Below, one piece after another: positions 30,203 through 37,915 of a stretch of 64,000 nucleotides of DNA. The stretch's first letter is position 1. Each line of letters begins with the position of its first letter. This stretch comes from an uncultured Aliiroseovarius sp. (GTDB taxonomy: Bacteria; Pseudomonadota; Alphaproteobacteria; Rhodobacterales; Rhodobacteraceae): the NCBI RefSeq assembly GCF_947497285.1, contig NZ_CANMFT010000004.1:305595-369594 (forward strand), read 5' to 3'. A model generated the notes under the pieces. The model did not search any database, was not told the origin of the DNA, and saw only the letters and a list, made by a program, of their open reading frames with translations. The translations under genes were made by a program, and so were the position numbers.

Positions 30203-30370
30203 ATGCTCAATAACATTGGTTTACCAGGATTGTTTTTGTTGGTGTTGATTATCGGTTTGCCGACTTGGCTTATAAGACGCTCAAGTAAGAGAAAATCCAG
30301 AGAACAAGCGCGCATTGCGGACGCGCTTGAAGAAATTGCTAAGTCGAAGAGCGATGGTGATAAGACTTAG
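30203..30370 (+). CDS. Unannotated 55-aa single-pass membrane protein with TatA-like N-terminus
   Basis: MLNNIGLPGLFLLVLIIGLPTWLIRRSSKRKSREQARIADALEEIAKSKSDGDKT. AAGG about 9 nt upstream. Below the ORF track cutoff. Confidence 0.7.
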   Translation: MLNNIGLPGLFLLVLIIGLPTWLIRRSSKRKSREQARIADALEEIAKSKSDGDKT

Positions 30371-30447
30371 ATTCTGGGTGATGTAAGACGACTTTCTTGT
30401 CGATATTCATCGACTGAAAAGTCCATAGAACGGCCATCCAAGCCGCT

Positions 30448-30981
30448 TCACCCGCCTTCAACCAACGTCTTCAAATTTGCCAGACCAGCTTCGAAATCAG
30501 GGCCGATCCAGCCATCGAACATTAACCCCATCCAACGGGCAACCGGGTTGTAGCCAAGCTCGGTATTCAAGCTCCACGTCACTTCGGTTCCCCCGTCGAT
30601 GGGCTCAAGGTCGAACGTGGCGGTGGCAAGCCCTTGCCCGCCAAAATCCAATCCCATCACAACCCGTTCAGAGGGGATGCTTTCGGTGATGACTTGCATG
30701 CCGCTGCCGACATCCGGATGGTCCGAGGTCCAACGCAGGGTGTTCCCAACACCTTCCACCGGCCCTTCATATGTCATCTGGATATCCGGATCCCGGGCCA
30801 GCCATGGCGACCAGGCTTCCCCGGATTGCATCGAGTTAACATAGGGAAAGACTTCTTCTGGTTCGATCGACACCACGGTTGACCTGCTGACCGTTACTTC
30901 GTCCGGCAGAAAAAACGCCAGTGCGAACATAGCAAGAGTTAACAGAACAAAGCCCTTTATTGCGCTAAAAATGAATTTCAT
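30448..30981 (-). CDS. SRPBCC/polyketide cyclase family protein with N-terminal membrane anchor
   Basis: VSRSTVV, WSPW, GVGNTLRW and IGPDFEAGLANLK pattern. GGGAG SD before ATG 30981. Confidence 0.85.
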   Translation of the reverse strand: MKFIFSAIKGFVLLTLAMFALAFFLPDEVTVSRSTVVSIEPEEVFPYVNSMQSGEAWSPWLARDPDIQMTYEGPVEGVGNTLRWTSDHPDVGSGMQVITESIPSERVVMGLDFGGQGLATATFDLEPIDGGTEVTWSLNTELGYNPVARWMGLMFDGWIGPDFEAGLANLKTLVEGG

Positions 30982-31029
30982 CGCACACTCCCTACACTCC
31001 AATTCATTAACCATAGCACGGAAAACGGG

Positions 31030-31647
31030 TCAGCGCGATTTTAGGTTTGTAATCATGTTCATGCTGCGCCGCAGTGTCGTAGCCATCGCCCCAAGCGCGA
31101 TCACCCAAAGCGCAAGCGCAATGGTTGGCACGCTGAAAATCACAGGCACGAACAGCGCGACGACAGCCGCCCCGGTCGCCAAAGCCATGCGGTGCGGCTT
31201 TGCCATTGGGCCGCTGAAATCTGGCGCCAACGACTGCGCTGCGCCCGCTTCGCGCGTGTAGGCCGTCAAAACCGCCATCGTCGCCGCCGCCCAGCCCAGC
31301 GCGGGCGTGCCTGCCCCCAAGCCCATACCAACCAGGATCACGATATCGGCGAAACGGTCAGGCGCTTCGTTCCAAAATGGCCCATCCGGTTCCGCGCGCC
31401 CACCTTCGACTGCGACCATGCCGTCGAACAGGTTGCACAACAGTCGCCCCTGCACCGCCAGTGCAGCGACCACCAGCCACACCGGAGACACGCCACCCGA
31501 CAGCCAGAACGCGGCCCCGGCCAGTGCAGCAAACAGTAACGAGGCTTGGCTGATCTGGTTTGGCGTCACAGCACGGGCAGCCAGCGCGCCGGCGATGCGT
31601 TGCGCCCATTTTCGGTCGCGGCTTGCGATGGGTCGACGTTGTGTCAT
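31030..31647 (-). CDS. CDP-alcohol phosphatidyltransferase family protein (YnbA-like)
   Basis: TPNQIS, the signature NLFDGMVA...NEAPDRFAD and GPMAKPHRM. Confidence 0.9.
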   Translation of the reverse strand: MTQRRPIASRDRKWAQRIAGALAARAVTPNQISQASLLFAALAGAAFWLSGGVSPVWLVVAALAVQGRLLCNLFDGMVAVEGGRAEPDGPFWNEAPDRFADIVILVGMGLGAGTPALGWAAATMAVLTAYTREAGAAQSLAPDFSGPMAKPHRMALATGAAVVALFVPVIFSVPTIALALWVIALGAMATTLRRSMNMITNLKSR

Positions 31648-31664
31648 GCGACGTTGCTTTCCGA

Positions 31665-32606
31665 TTAGGCGACCGACCAGAAATAGCGGGTCAGATGAAA
31701 GAAGACCGGGGCAGAGAAGACCACGCTATCCAGCCGATCAATGAACCCACCATGCCCTGCGATCAGGTGGCCCCAGTCCTTCACACCCTTGTCGCGTTTG
31801 ATGGCGGACATCACAAGCCCGCCAAAGAACCCCATCAGCGTAATGACCAAGGCCAGACCAGCGGCCTCGAGCGGGGTGAAGGGGGTCATCCACCAAAGCC
31901 CCGCCCCGACGGCCGAAGCGCTGGCGACCCCGCCCACAAACCCCTCCCACGTTTTAGAGGGTGACAGGTGCGGCGCGATCTTGTGGCGACCGATGAGCTT
32001 GCCCCAGACATATTGCAGCACATCCGATAGCTGCACCACGACCACAAGGAAGGCGACCAGAAGCACGTTCTTGCCTTCATATCCGGGGATATTCAGCGAC
32101 AGAAGTGCGGGCACGTGGCTGGCCGCGAACACGCAGATCATCAGACCCCACTGGGTTTCGGCGACGCGGGTCAGGTATCCGTCGGTATCGCCTTGGACGG
32201 CGATGACGATGGGTAGAAGAAGAAAGGCATAGACCGGGATGAAGACCGAGAACATGCCATACCAATCCACCCAGATCAGCACGTATTGCACCGGCAGGAT
32301 CACGAAGAAACTGACCACCAGCGCCCAGTGATCTGCACGCCGTTTGGCGGTCAACGTCAGAAACTCGCGCAGCCCCGCAAAGCTGAGCAGCGCGAACAGG
32401 ATCACGACGCCCGCCTGCCCGCCCAGCATCGCCAGCGCCAGCAGCACAACCATCCCCCACCATGCGTTGATCCGGGCGACAAGGTTTTCGACCACGTTAT
32501 TTTCGGCGCCAAGGCGGGCTTTCAGGATCTGTCCGATCACGGTGGCGACCACCAAAATGGCAAAAACGCCGGTCAGCAGCTTGGTGAATTCGGCATGGAC
32601 GATCAT
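31665..32606 (-). CDS. Phosphatidate cytidylyltransferase (YnbB/CdsA family)
   Basis: SDVLQYVWGK, SPSKTWEG and KDWGHLIAGHGGFIDRLDS. Confidence 0.92.
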   Translation of the reverse strand: MIVHAEFTKLLTGVFAILVVATVIGQILKARLGAENNVVENLVARINAWWGMVVLLALAMLGGQAGVVILFALLSFAGLREFLTLTAKRRADHWALVVSFFVILPVQYVLIWVDWYGMFSVFIPVYAFLLLPIVIAVQGDTDGYLTRVAETQWGLMICVFAASHVPALLSLNIPGYEGKNVLLVAFLVVVVQLSDVLQYVWGKLIGRHKIAPHLSPSKTWEGFVGGVASASAVGAGLWWMTPFTPLEAAGLALVITLMGFFGGLVMSAIKRDKGVKDWGHLIAGHGGFIDRLDSVVFSAPVFFHLTRYFWSVA

Positions 32607-33241
32607 CGCGCGGCCTCCTGCGCAAGCTCGGCCAGTGCCACTTGGGCACGCGCCAGAAAGGCGGCCTTGTCTTCGCCTGCAACAACCTCAAGAGGGGCGC
32701 CGAAGGTCACGGAACACAAAAGAGGCACCGGGATCACCTTTCCCTTCGGCATCACCGAGTTCAGGTTTTCGATCCATGTCGGGACAAGCTCGACCTTGGA
32801 TCGGGCCTGCGCCAGATGGAAAAGGCCGGGCTTGAAGGGCAACAATGGTTCATCGGTCATGTTGCGCGTGCCTTCGGGAAACAAGATCAGGCTGGCGCCA
32901 TCATCAAGGGCGGACACCATCTGTGTGACCGGGTCATTGGTGCGTGTGTCACGGTTTCGGTCGATCAACACGGCGTTGAAGACCTCGCGCCCAATGAAGG
33001 TTTTCAACTTGTTCGTCAGCCAGTAATCCGACCCGGCGACGGGCCGGGTCCGGGCGCGAAGGGCTGGGGGCAGAACCGTCCAGATCAGAACGAAGTCACC
33101 ATTCGAGGTGTGGTTCGCAAAATAGATGCGTTGATGTGGCACAGGATCCACGCCGTGCCACACCCCGCGCACTGCCGTAACAAGCCGGGCGAACAAGGCA
33201 ATTGCCGTTCCGACGCGTTGCGAAAGGAAAGCGCGAAACAA
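32603..33241 (-). CDS. Lysophospholipid acyltransferase (PlsC family)
   Basis: ANHTSNGD (HX4D) and FPEGTR. TTG start; ATGA overlap with the next gene. Confidence 0.9.
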   Translation of the reverse strand: MFRAFLSQRVGTAIALFARLVTAVRGVWHGVDPVPHQRIYFANHTSNGDFVLIWTVLPPALRARTRPVAGSDYWLTNKLKTFIGREVFNAVLIDRNRDTRTNDPVTQMVSALDDGASLILFPEGTRNMTDEPLLPFKPGLFHLAQARSKVELVPTWIENLNSVMPKGKVIPVPLLCSVTFGAPLEVVAGEDKAAFLARAQVALAELAQEAAR

Positions 33242-33256
33242 CCGCCGACCCTTTGC

Positions 33257-33904
33257 TTAGACGGGCAGGAAGGAATCGGTTTTGGCGTCGTAATACTCCA
33301 GTCCACCTTCACCAATATCGTTCCACAACCCGTGCAGGGACAGCTTTTCAGCCTCAACCGCGTCGCGCACGAAGGGGAAGGTCATCAGGTTGTCCATTGA
33401 CACCTTGACGGCCTCTTTTTCCAGCATCGCGCCGTCAATCTCGGCATCATTGCCGCCAAGACGTTCATAACCGGGGCGCAGAATGTCCATCCAGCGGCCA
33501 ATGAACGAAGTTTTCTCGGCCAGTTCAGGCGCGCGGCCGTGGCACATATCGTGAAACCCTTTCACACCGCCGCAGGTCGAATGACCCAGCACGATCAGAT
33601 GGGCCACTTTCAGCGCCTTCACAGCATATTCAACTGCCGCCGATGTTCCGTGATAGTCCCCGTCCGGCGCATATGGCGGCACGAGGTTCGCGATATTGCG
33701 GTGCAAAAAGAACTCGCCCTGATCCGCGCCGAAAATGGCGGTCACATGAATGCGCGAATCACAGCACGAAATCACCATGGCGCGCGGATGCTGTCCTTCT
33801 TCTGCCAAGCGGCGATACCAAGCTTTGTTTTCTGCATATCCTGTGGCTTTCCAGCCCTGATAGCGTTGAGCAAGATAAGTTGGCAGCGGTTGCGCACGTT
33901 CCAT
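33257..33904 (-). CDS. Beta-class carbonic anhydrase
   Basis: CCDSR, RNIANLVP and GHSTCGG zinc ligands. AGGAGG SD before ATG 33904. Confidence 0.95.
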   Translation of the reverse strand: MERAQPLPTYLAQRYQGWKATGYAENKAWYRRLAEEGQHPRAMVISCCDSRIHVTAIFGADQGEFFLHRNIANLVPPYAPDGDYHGTSAAVEYAVKALKVAHLIVLGHSTCGGVKGFHDMCHGRAPELAEKTSFIGRWMDILRPGYERLGGNDAEIDGAMLEKEAVKVSMDNLMTFPFVRDAVEAEKLSLHGLWNDIGEGGLEYYDAKTDSFLPV

Positions 33905-34045
33905 AAGATCCTCCTGTAGGCGTTCCATCGTATGTAGGCTGCAATCCCGTGAAATTCGAGAAAATTTTGCTGCATCGATATACGATTTCTTGAGACCGTT
34001 ACGTCACAATCCTCAATCAGAGGGTTTGAATTCAGGGGTAAGCAG

Positions 34046-34426
34046 GTGTCTGACATCGTAAAAATGAAACATGTGGAAGCTGTGCGATTGGATCGCGGGC
34101 AATTGGAAACGCTTTTTGTGCAAATGGGACCAGCACGCGCCGACAAGGAAATCAATCAATCGCTCGAAGATTTGGCGGTTGCGCTTGCGGGTGTGCAAAA
34201 GGCAAACGCGCGCGGTCAAACAGATTTGCTGTGCGAAGGGGTCCGTCACCTGATTGCGATCGCCAACAAGATCGGCATGACCAGTCTTGGGCGTGTGGCG
34301 CGCGATGTGCTTGATCTGGCACAGGGAAACGACGTTGCCGGCTTCAGCGCGACACTTGCGCGGCTGGGACGGATTGGCGAACGCAGCTTGATCGCCGTCT
34401 GGGACCTTCAGGACATGTCACTTTAG
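34046..34426 (+). CDS. Conserved hypothetical protein, Hpt-like helical bundle
   Basis: All-helical 126 aa. VRHLIAIANKIGMTSLGRVA aligns by eye to the Hpt motif AHxLKxxxxxIGxxxL. Confidence 0.65.
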   Translation: MSDIVKMKHVEAVRLDRGQLETLFVQMGPARADKEINQSLEDLAVALAGVQKANARGQTDLLCEGVRHLIAIANKIGMTSLGRVARDVLDLAQGNDVAGFSATLARLGRIGERSLIAVWDLQDMSL

Positions 34427-34512
34427 GGACAATGGAGCGCCCGGTCTTCTGGACCTTGCGGCGGCGTATATTGGCGTTAGTCTGGGGTCAGCTCAATTGA
34501 CCCGAGGCAAAA

Positions 34513-35895
34513 ATGACCCTGACTTTCGCACCCGACACGCCCGACGCGATCCCGCTTATCGTGATCAATGAAAGCGACGACGCTGCTTTGGCCTCTTTGC
34601 CGAATCGGGCCCGCAAATGGGCTGCGGCAAACGGCTTTTCGGGTGCGTTGGGCACCGCTTTGGTGCTGCACGATGACAGCGGCAGTCCCGAACTGGCGCT
34701 GATCGGAAACGGGGACGAAAAATCGCGCGCGCGCACCCGGTTCGGACTGGCCGGCGCAAGGGCGAAGCTGCCCGGCGGCACCTATCGGCTGCAGCATTCA
34801 CTTGACGCCCTGGCCCTTGAAGAAGCGGCCTTGGGCTGGCTGCTTGAAGGCTATCGTTTCGACCGCTACGCCGCCCAGAAGCCACCCAAAGCCATGCTGG
34901 TCGCCCCCGACGGGGTGGATGCCAGCCGGGTTGAGGCCATCGCCTCTGCCGAGGCATTGACCCGTGACTTGATCAACACTCCAACCGAAGACTTGGGCCC
35001 GGACGAACTTGAGGCGGCAATCGGCACACTGGCTCAGCGCTTCGGTGCAACGGTCACGGTCACCAAGGACGCGGCTTTGTTGGATAAGAACCTGCCGATG
35101 ATCCACGCCGTCGGGCGCGCCGCCAGCCGCGCGCCACGGTTGATTGATATGCGCTGGGGCGACACGGGTCCGACCCTGACCTTGGTTGGCAAGGGGGTCT
35201 GCTTTGATACCGGCGGGCTGAACCTGAAGCCCGGTGCCTCGATGGGGTTGATGAAGAAAGACATGGGCGGGGCCGCGACCGTTCTGGGGCTTGCACAGAT
35301 GATCATGTCGCTTGGCCTTAAGCTGCAGCTGCGCGTGCTAATCCCGGCGGTTGAAAATGCGGTGGCCGGCAATGCCTTCCGCCCCGGCGATATTCTGACC
35401 TCTCGCAAGGGACTGACCGTAGAGGTGAACAACACCGACGCCGAAGGCCGGTTGGTCTTGGCCGATGCGCTGGCCTTGGCGGACGAGGAAACGCCGGATC
35501 TGCTGATCTCTATGGCGACCCTAACGGGGGCTGCACGCGTGGCCGTCGGCCCAGATCTGTCGCCTTTCTATGCCACCCGTGACGCAGATGCAGATGCAAT
35601 CCGAGGGGGCGCGCGAAATGCAGCAGACCCGGTGTGGGAGCTGCCATTCTGGGACCCGTATGACGCGTTGATCGAACCTGGTATCGCGGATCTGGACAAC
35701 GCCCCGAAGGGCGGGTTTGCAGGCTCAATCACGGCTGCATTGTTCCTGCGACGGTTTGTGACCGACACGCCGCGATATGTGCATTTCGACATCTATGGCT
35801 GGAACCCGACCGCGGCGCCAGCCCGGCCAAAAGGTGGTGTTGGCATGGGTGCGCGCGCGCTTCTGGCGGCCCTTCCAGATTTGTTGGACCTGTGA
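34513..35895 (+). CDS. M17 leucyl aminopeptidase family protein (PepB-like)
   Basis: GKGVCFDTGG, MKKDMGGAA and NTDAEGRLVL. Confidence 0.94.
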   Translation: MTLTFAPDTPDAIPLIVINESDDAALASLPNRARKWAAANGFSGALGTALVLHDDSGSPELALIGNGDEKSRARTRFGLAGARAKLPGGTYRLQHSLDALALEEAALGWLLEGYRFDRYAAQKPPKAMLVAPDGVDASRVEAIASAEALTRDLINTPTEDLGPDELEAAIGTLAQRFGATVTVTKDAALLDKNLPMIHAVGRAASRAPRLIDMRWGDTGPTLTLVGKGVCFDTGGLNLKPGASMGLMKKDMGGAATVLGLAQMIMSLGLKLQLRVLIPAVENAVAGNAFRPGDILTSRKGLTVEVNNTDAEGRLVLADALALADEETPDLLISMATLTGAARVAVGPDLSPFYATRDADADAIRGGARNAADPVWELPFWDPYDALIEPGIADLDNAPKGGFAGSITAALFLRRFVTDTPRYVHFDIYGWNPTAAPARPKGGVGMGARALLAALPDLLDL

Positions 35896-36716
35896 TGGAT
35901 GCCCGCCTGACCCCCGCCAACGCCCGGATCGCCCACGAAAGCCTGCGGGGCAAGGTGGACGCCCCGGCCTTCACCGAAGGGCGCTGGCGACGTGTCGGAA
36001 CCAGCGTCGCTGACATTTTACGCAGCCCTTTTGGCGCGCGCAATCGGCAAGCGCTTTTCGGCGAACGTGTGCTGGAGCTGGATGCTTCGGACGGTCATGC
36101 GTTCATCCAGGCAGAGCGCGACGGCTATGTCGGCTATGTCGCGCTGTCCAGCTTGACCGACGATTTCGCGGCCACGCATCGGGTCAACAGCTTGGGAACG
36201 CATTTATACCCTGAGCCGGATTTCAAATGCCGTGAGGCCGACACGCTGTCGCTTGGGGCGCATGTGACCGTTGTCGGAACCTCAGGACGGTTCGCCAGAA
36301 CGGATAGCGACGCGTTCATCCCGATGGTTCACCTAACCCCAATCGGTGAGGTCTGCGACGACATCGTCGCCATTGCCGAACTGTTCTTGGGCACACCCTA
36401 TCTGTGGGGCGGCAATTCACGGGCGGGGATCGACTGTTCGGGTCTTGTCCAGACGGCATTGCTGGCGGGCGGGCATTCGTGCCCCGCAGACAGCGACATG
36501 CAAGTCGCGCTGGGGCATAGCATTCCCGAAAGTTCACCGCTTGAGCGCGGAGATCTTTTGTTCTGGAAAGGTCATGTCGCGATGGTTGTGGACAAGGCCC
36601 GCATGATACACGCCAACGTGCACCATATGGCTGTCGCCTATGAAAATATTGAAGATGCGATCACCCGCATTGCCGCGCAGGGCGACGGGCCGGTGACTGC
36701 ACGAAAACGCCTCTAG
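35895..36716 (+). CDS. NlpC/P60 (C40) peptidase with SH3-like N-terminal domains
   Basis: PYLWGG, GIDCSG and GHV catalytic motifs. Coupled to the aminopeptidase gene. Confidence 0.92.
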   Translation: MDARLTPANARIAHESLRGKVDAPAFTEGRWRRVGTSVADILRSPFGARNRQALFGERVLELDASDGHAFIQAERDGYVGYVALSSLTDDFAATHRVNSLGTHLYPEPDFKCREADTLSLGAHVTVVGTSGRFARTDSDAFIPMVHLTPIGEVCDDIVAIAELFLGTPYLWGGNSRAGIDCSGLVQTALLAGGHSCPADSDMQVALGHSIPESSPLERGDLLFWKGHVAMVVDKARMIHANVHHMAVAYENIEDAITRIAAQGDGPVTARKRL

Positions 36717-36732
36717 CGGTTGCAGGCTGGGG

Positions 36733-37080
36733 TCAGTCCACCGCCCGGATAAGCTTGCGTTCCAAAACCCTGAGCACGGCGCGCAGATCAGCCCCACGTT
36801 TCAATATGCGACCATCCATCCCGATCACCGCATATTGTCCCTGCCGGTTGCGCAGCTTGGGGCGCTTTTCGATCCGATAAAGCGGGTGTTCCGCCGTGCG
36901 CCTGAATACGGAAAAGACGGCCACCTCGTTTAGGAAGCTCATGCCATAGTCGCGCCATTCACCGGCCGCGACCATACGCCCGTAAAGCCCCATAATCGCG
37001 CCAAGCTCGGTGCGGTTGAAAACGACCTGATCGACTGGCTTGCCAGGACCCGAACGCGGCGTCATGTGCTGCATGTTCAT
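36733..37080 (-). CDS. DUF2794 family protein
   Basis: FNRTELGAIMGLYGRMVAAGEWRDY and PLYRIEKRPKL. GAAAGG SD before ATG 37080. Confidence 0.88.
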   Translation of the reverse strand: MNMQHMTPRSGPGKPVDQVVFNRTELGAIMGLYGRMVAAGEWRDYGMSFLNEVAVFSVFRRTAEHPLYRIEKRPKLRNRQGQYAVIGMDGRILKRGADLRAVLRVLERKLIRAVD

Positions 37081-37201
37081 CCTTTCAGAGTGCCGTTCTA
37101 TGATTAACAAATCAATCCCTGCCCAACTTTGGCCGCAAATATTGACACTTGTTTTCACATCCATTCCCTTTTGACGCCGCGTTAGGCAGCGATAGGTGAT
37201 G

Positions 37202-37274
37202 ATGTAGCGAGCGAAAGCTCACCCGGTGCCGCACATAACAGCCCCCACCCAGTTAGCGGCACCGGGGCTACCAT
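37202..37274 (+). ncRNA. Candidate structured small RNA (three-way junction)
   Basis: GTAGC/GCTAC closing stem, GAGC-GAAA-GCTC hairpin, and a perfect 11-bp stem CCCGGTGCCGC/GCGGCACCGGG around a C-rich loop. Strand inferred from the GNRA loop. Confidence 0.55.
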
Positions 37275-37396
37275 TTGGGCCTAACTCACTGAAAAGCAAA
37301 CCAAGCACAGAACGCTGTGCCATCGCCTTTGCACGCCTGATGGACGCGGGCCGCGTGTTTGGCTTGATGTCACGCGAGACCGATCCACAACACTAT

Positions 37397-37410
37397 TGAC
37401 CGAACGGTCA
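37397..37410. promoter_or_regulatory. Palindromic operator TGACCG-AA-CGGTCA overlapping the -35 of the paaI promoter (likely PaaR site)
   Basis: Perfect 6+2+6 palindrome. TTGACC (37396-37401) and CATCCT (37419-37424) are 17 nt apart. Confidence 0.7.
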
Positions 37411-37447
37411 GCTTTATGCATCCTCTTTGCATAGCTCAGGGGGGAAC

Positions 37448-37879
37448 ATGACGCCACAAGACCGTGCAGAACGCGCCGCCCGCGTGATGTGGGACGATGA
37501 CCCGGCCTCGCAGGGATTGGGGATGTCGCTGGACCAGATCGCACCGGGCCGTGCCGAGATGTCGATGACCGTGCGCGACGAGATGTCGAACGGGCATGGT
37601 ATCTGCCACGGCGGATTCATCTTTACCCTCGCAGACAGCGCCTTCGCCTTTGCCTGCAACAGCTACAACACCCGCGTCGTGGCCCAGCACAATTCGATCA
37701 CCTATCTGGCCCCGGCAAAGCTGGGCGAAACACTGGTGGCACAAGCGACCGAGGTCAGTCGCGCCGGGCGATCCGGGATCTATGATGTCGTGGTCACCGG
37801 CACGGACAGGCGTGTCATCGCGCAGTTTCGCGGCCATTCACGCCAAATTTCCGGCACCCATTTTGAAGACGACAGCTGA
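37448..37879 (+). CDS. paaI: Phenylacetyl-CoA thioesterase PaaI (PaaD)
   Basis: NGHGICHGGFIFTLADSAFAFACNS hot-dog motif. Confidence 0.95.
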   Translation: MTPQDRAERAARVMWDDDPASQGLGMSLDQIAPGRAEMSMTVRDEMSNGHGICHGGFIFTLADSAFAFACNSYNTRVVAQHNSITYLAPAKLGETLVAQATEVSRAGRSGIYDVVVTGTDRRVIAQFRGHSRQISGTHFEDDS

Positions 37880-37915
37880 AACGCGACGGGCATGCGCCCC
37901 CGACGGAGGACCAAC

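Noticed and set aside
33930-34045. CtrA box upstream of the Hpt-like gene
   Set aside because: The best match (TGAA-N7-GTAA) has two mismatches to TTAA-N7-TTAA in an AT-rich region, which is too weak.
37294-37365. tRNA or tRNA remnant
   Set aside because: It is cloverleaf-like in size but has no TTC-containing T-loop, D-loop GG or 7-nt anticodon loop on either strand.
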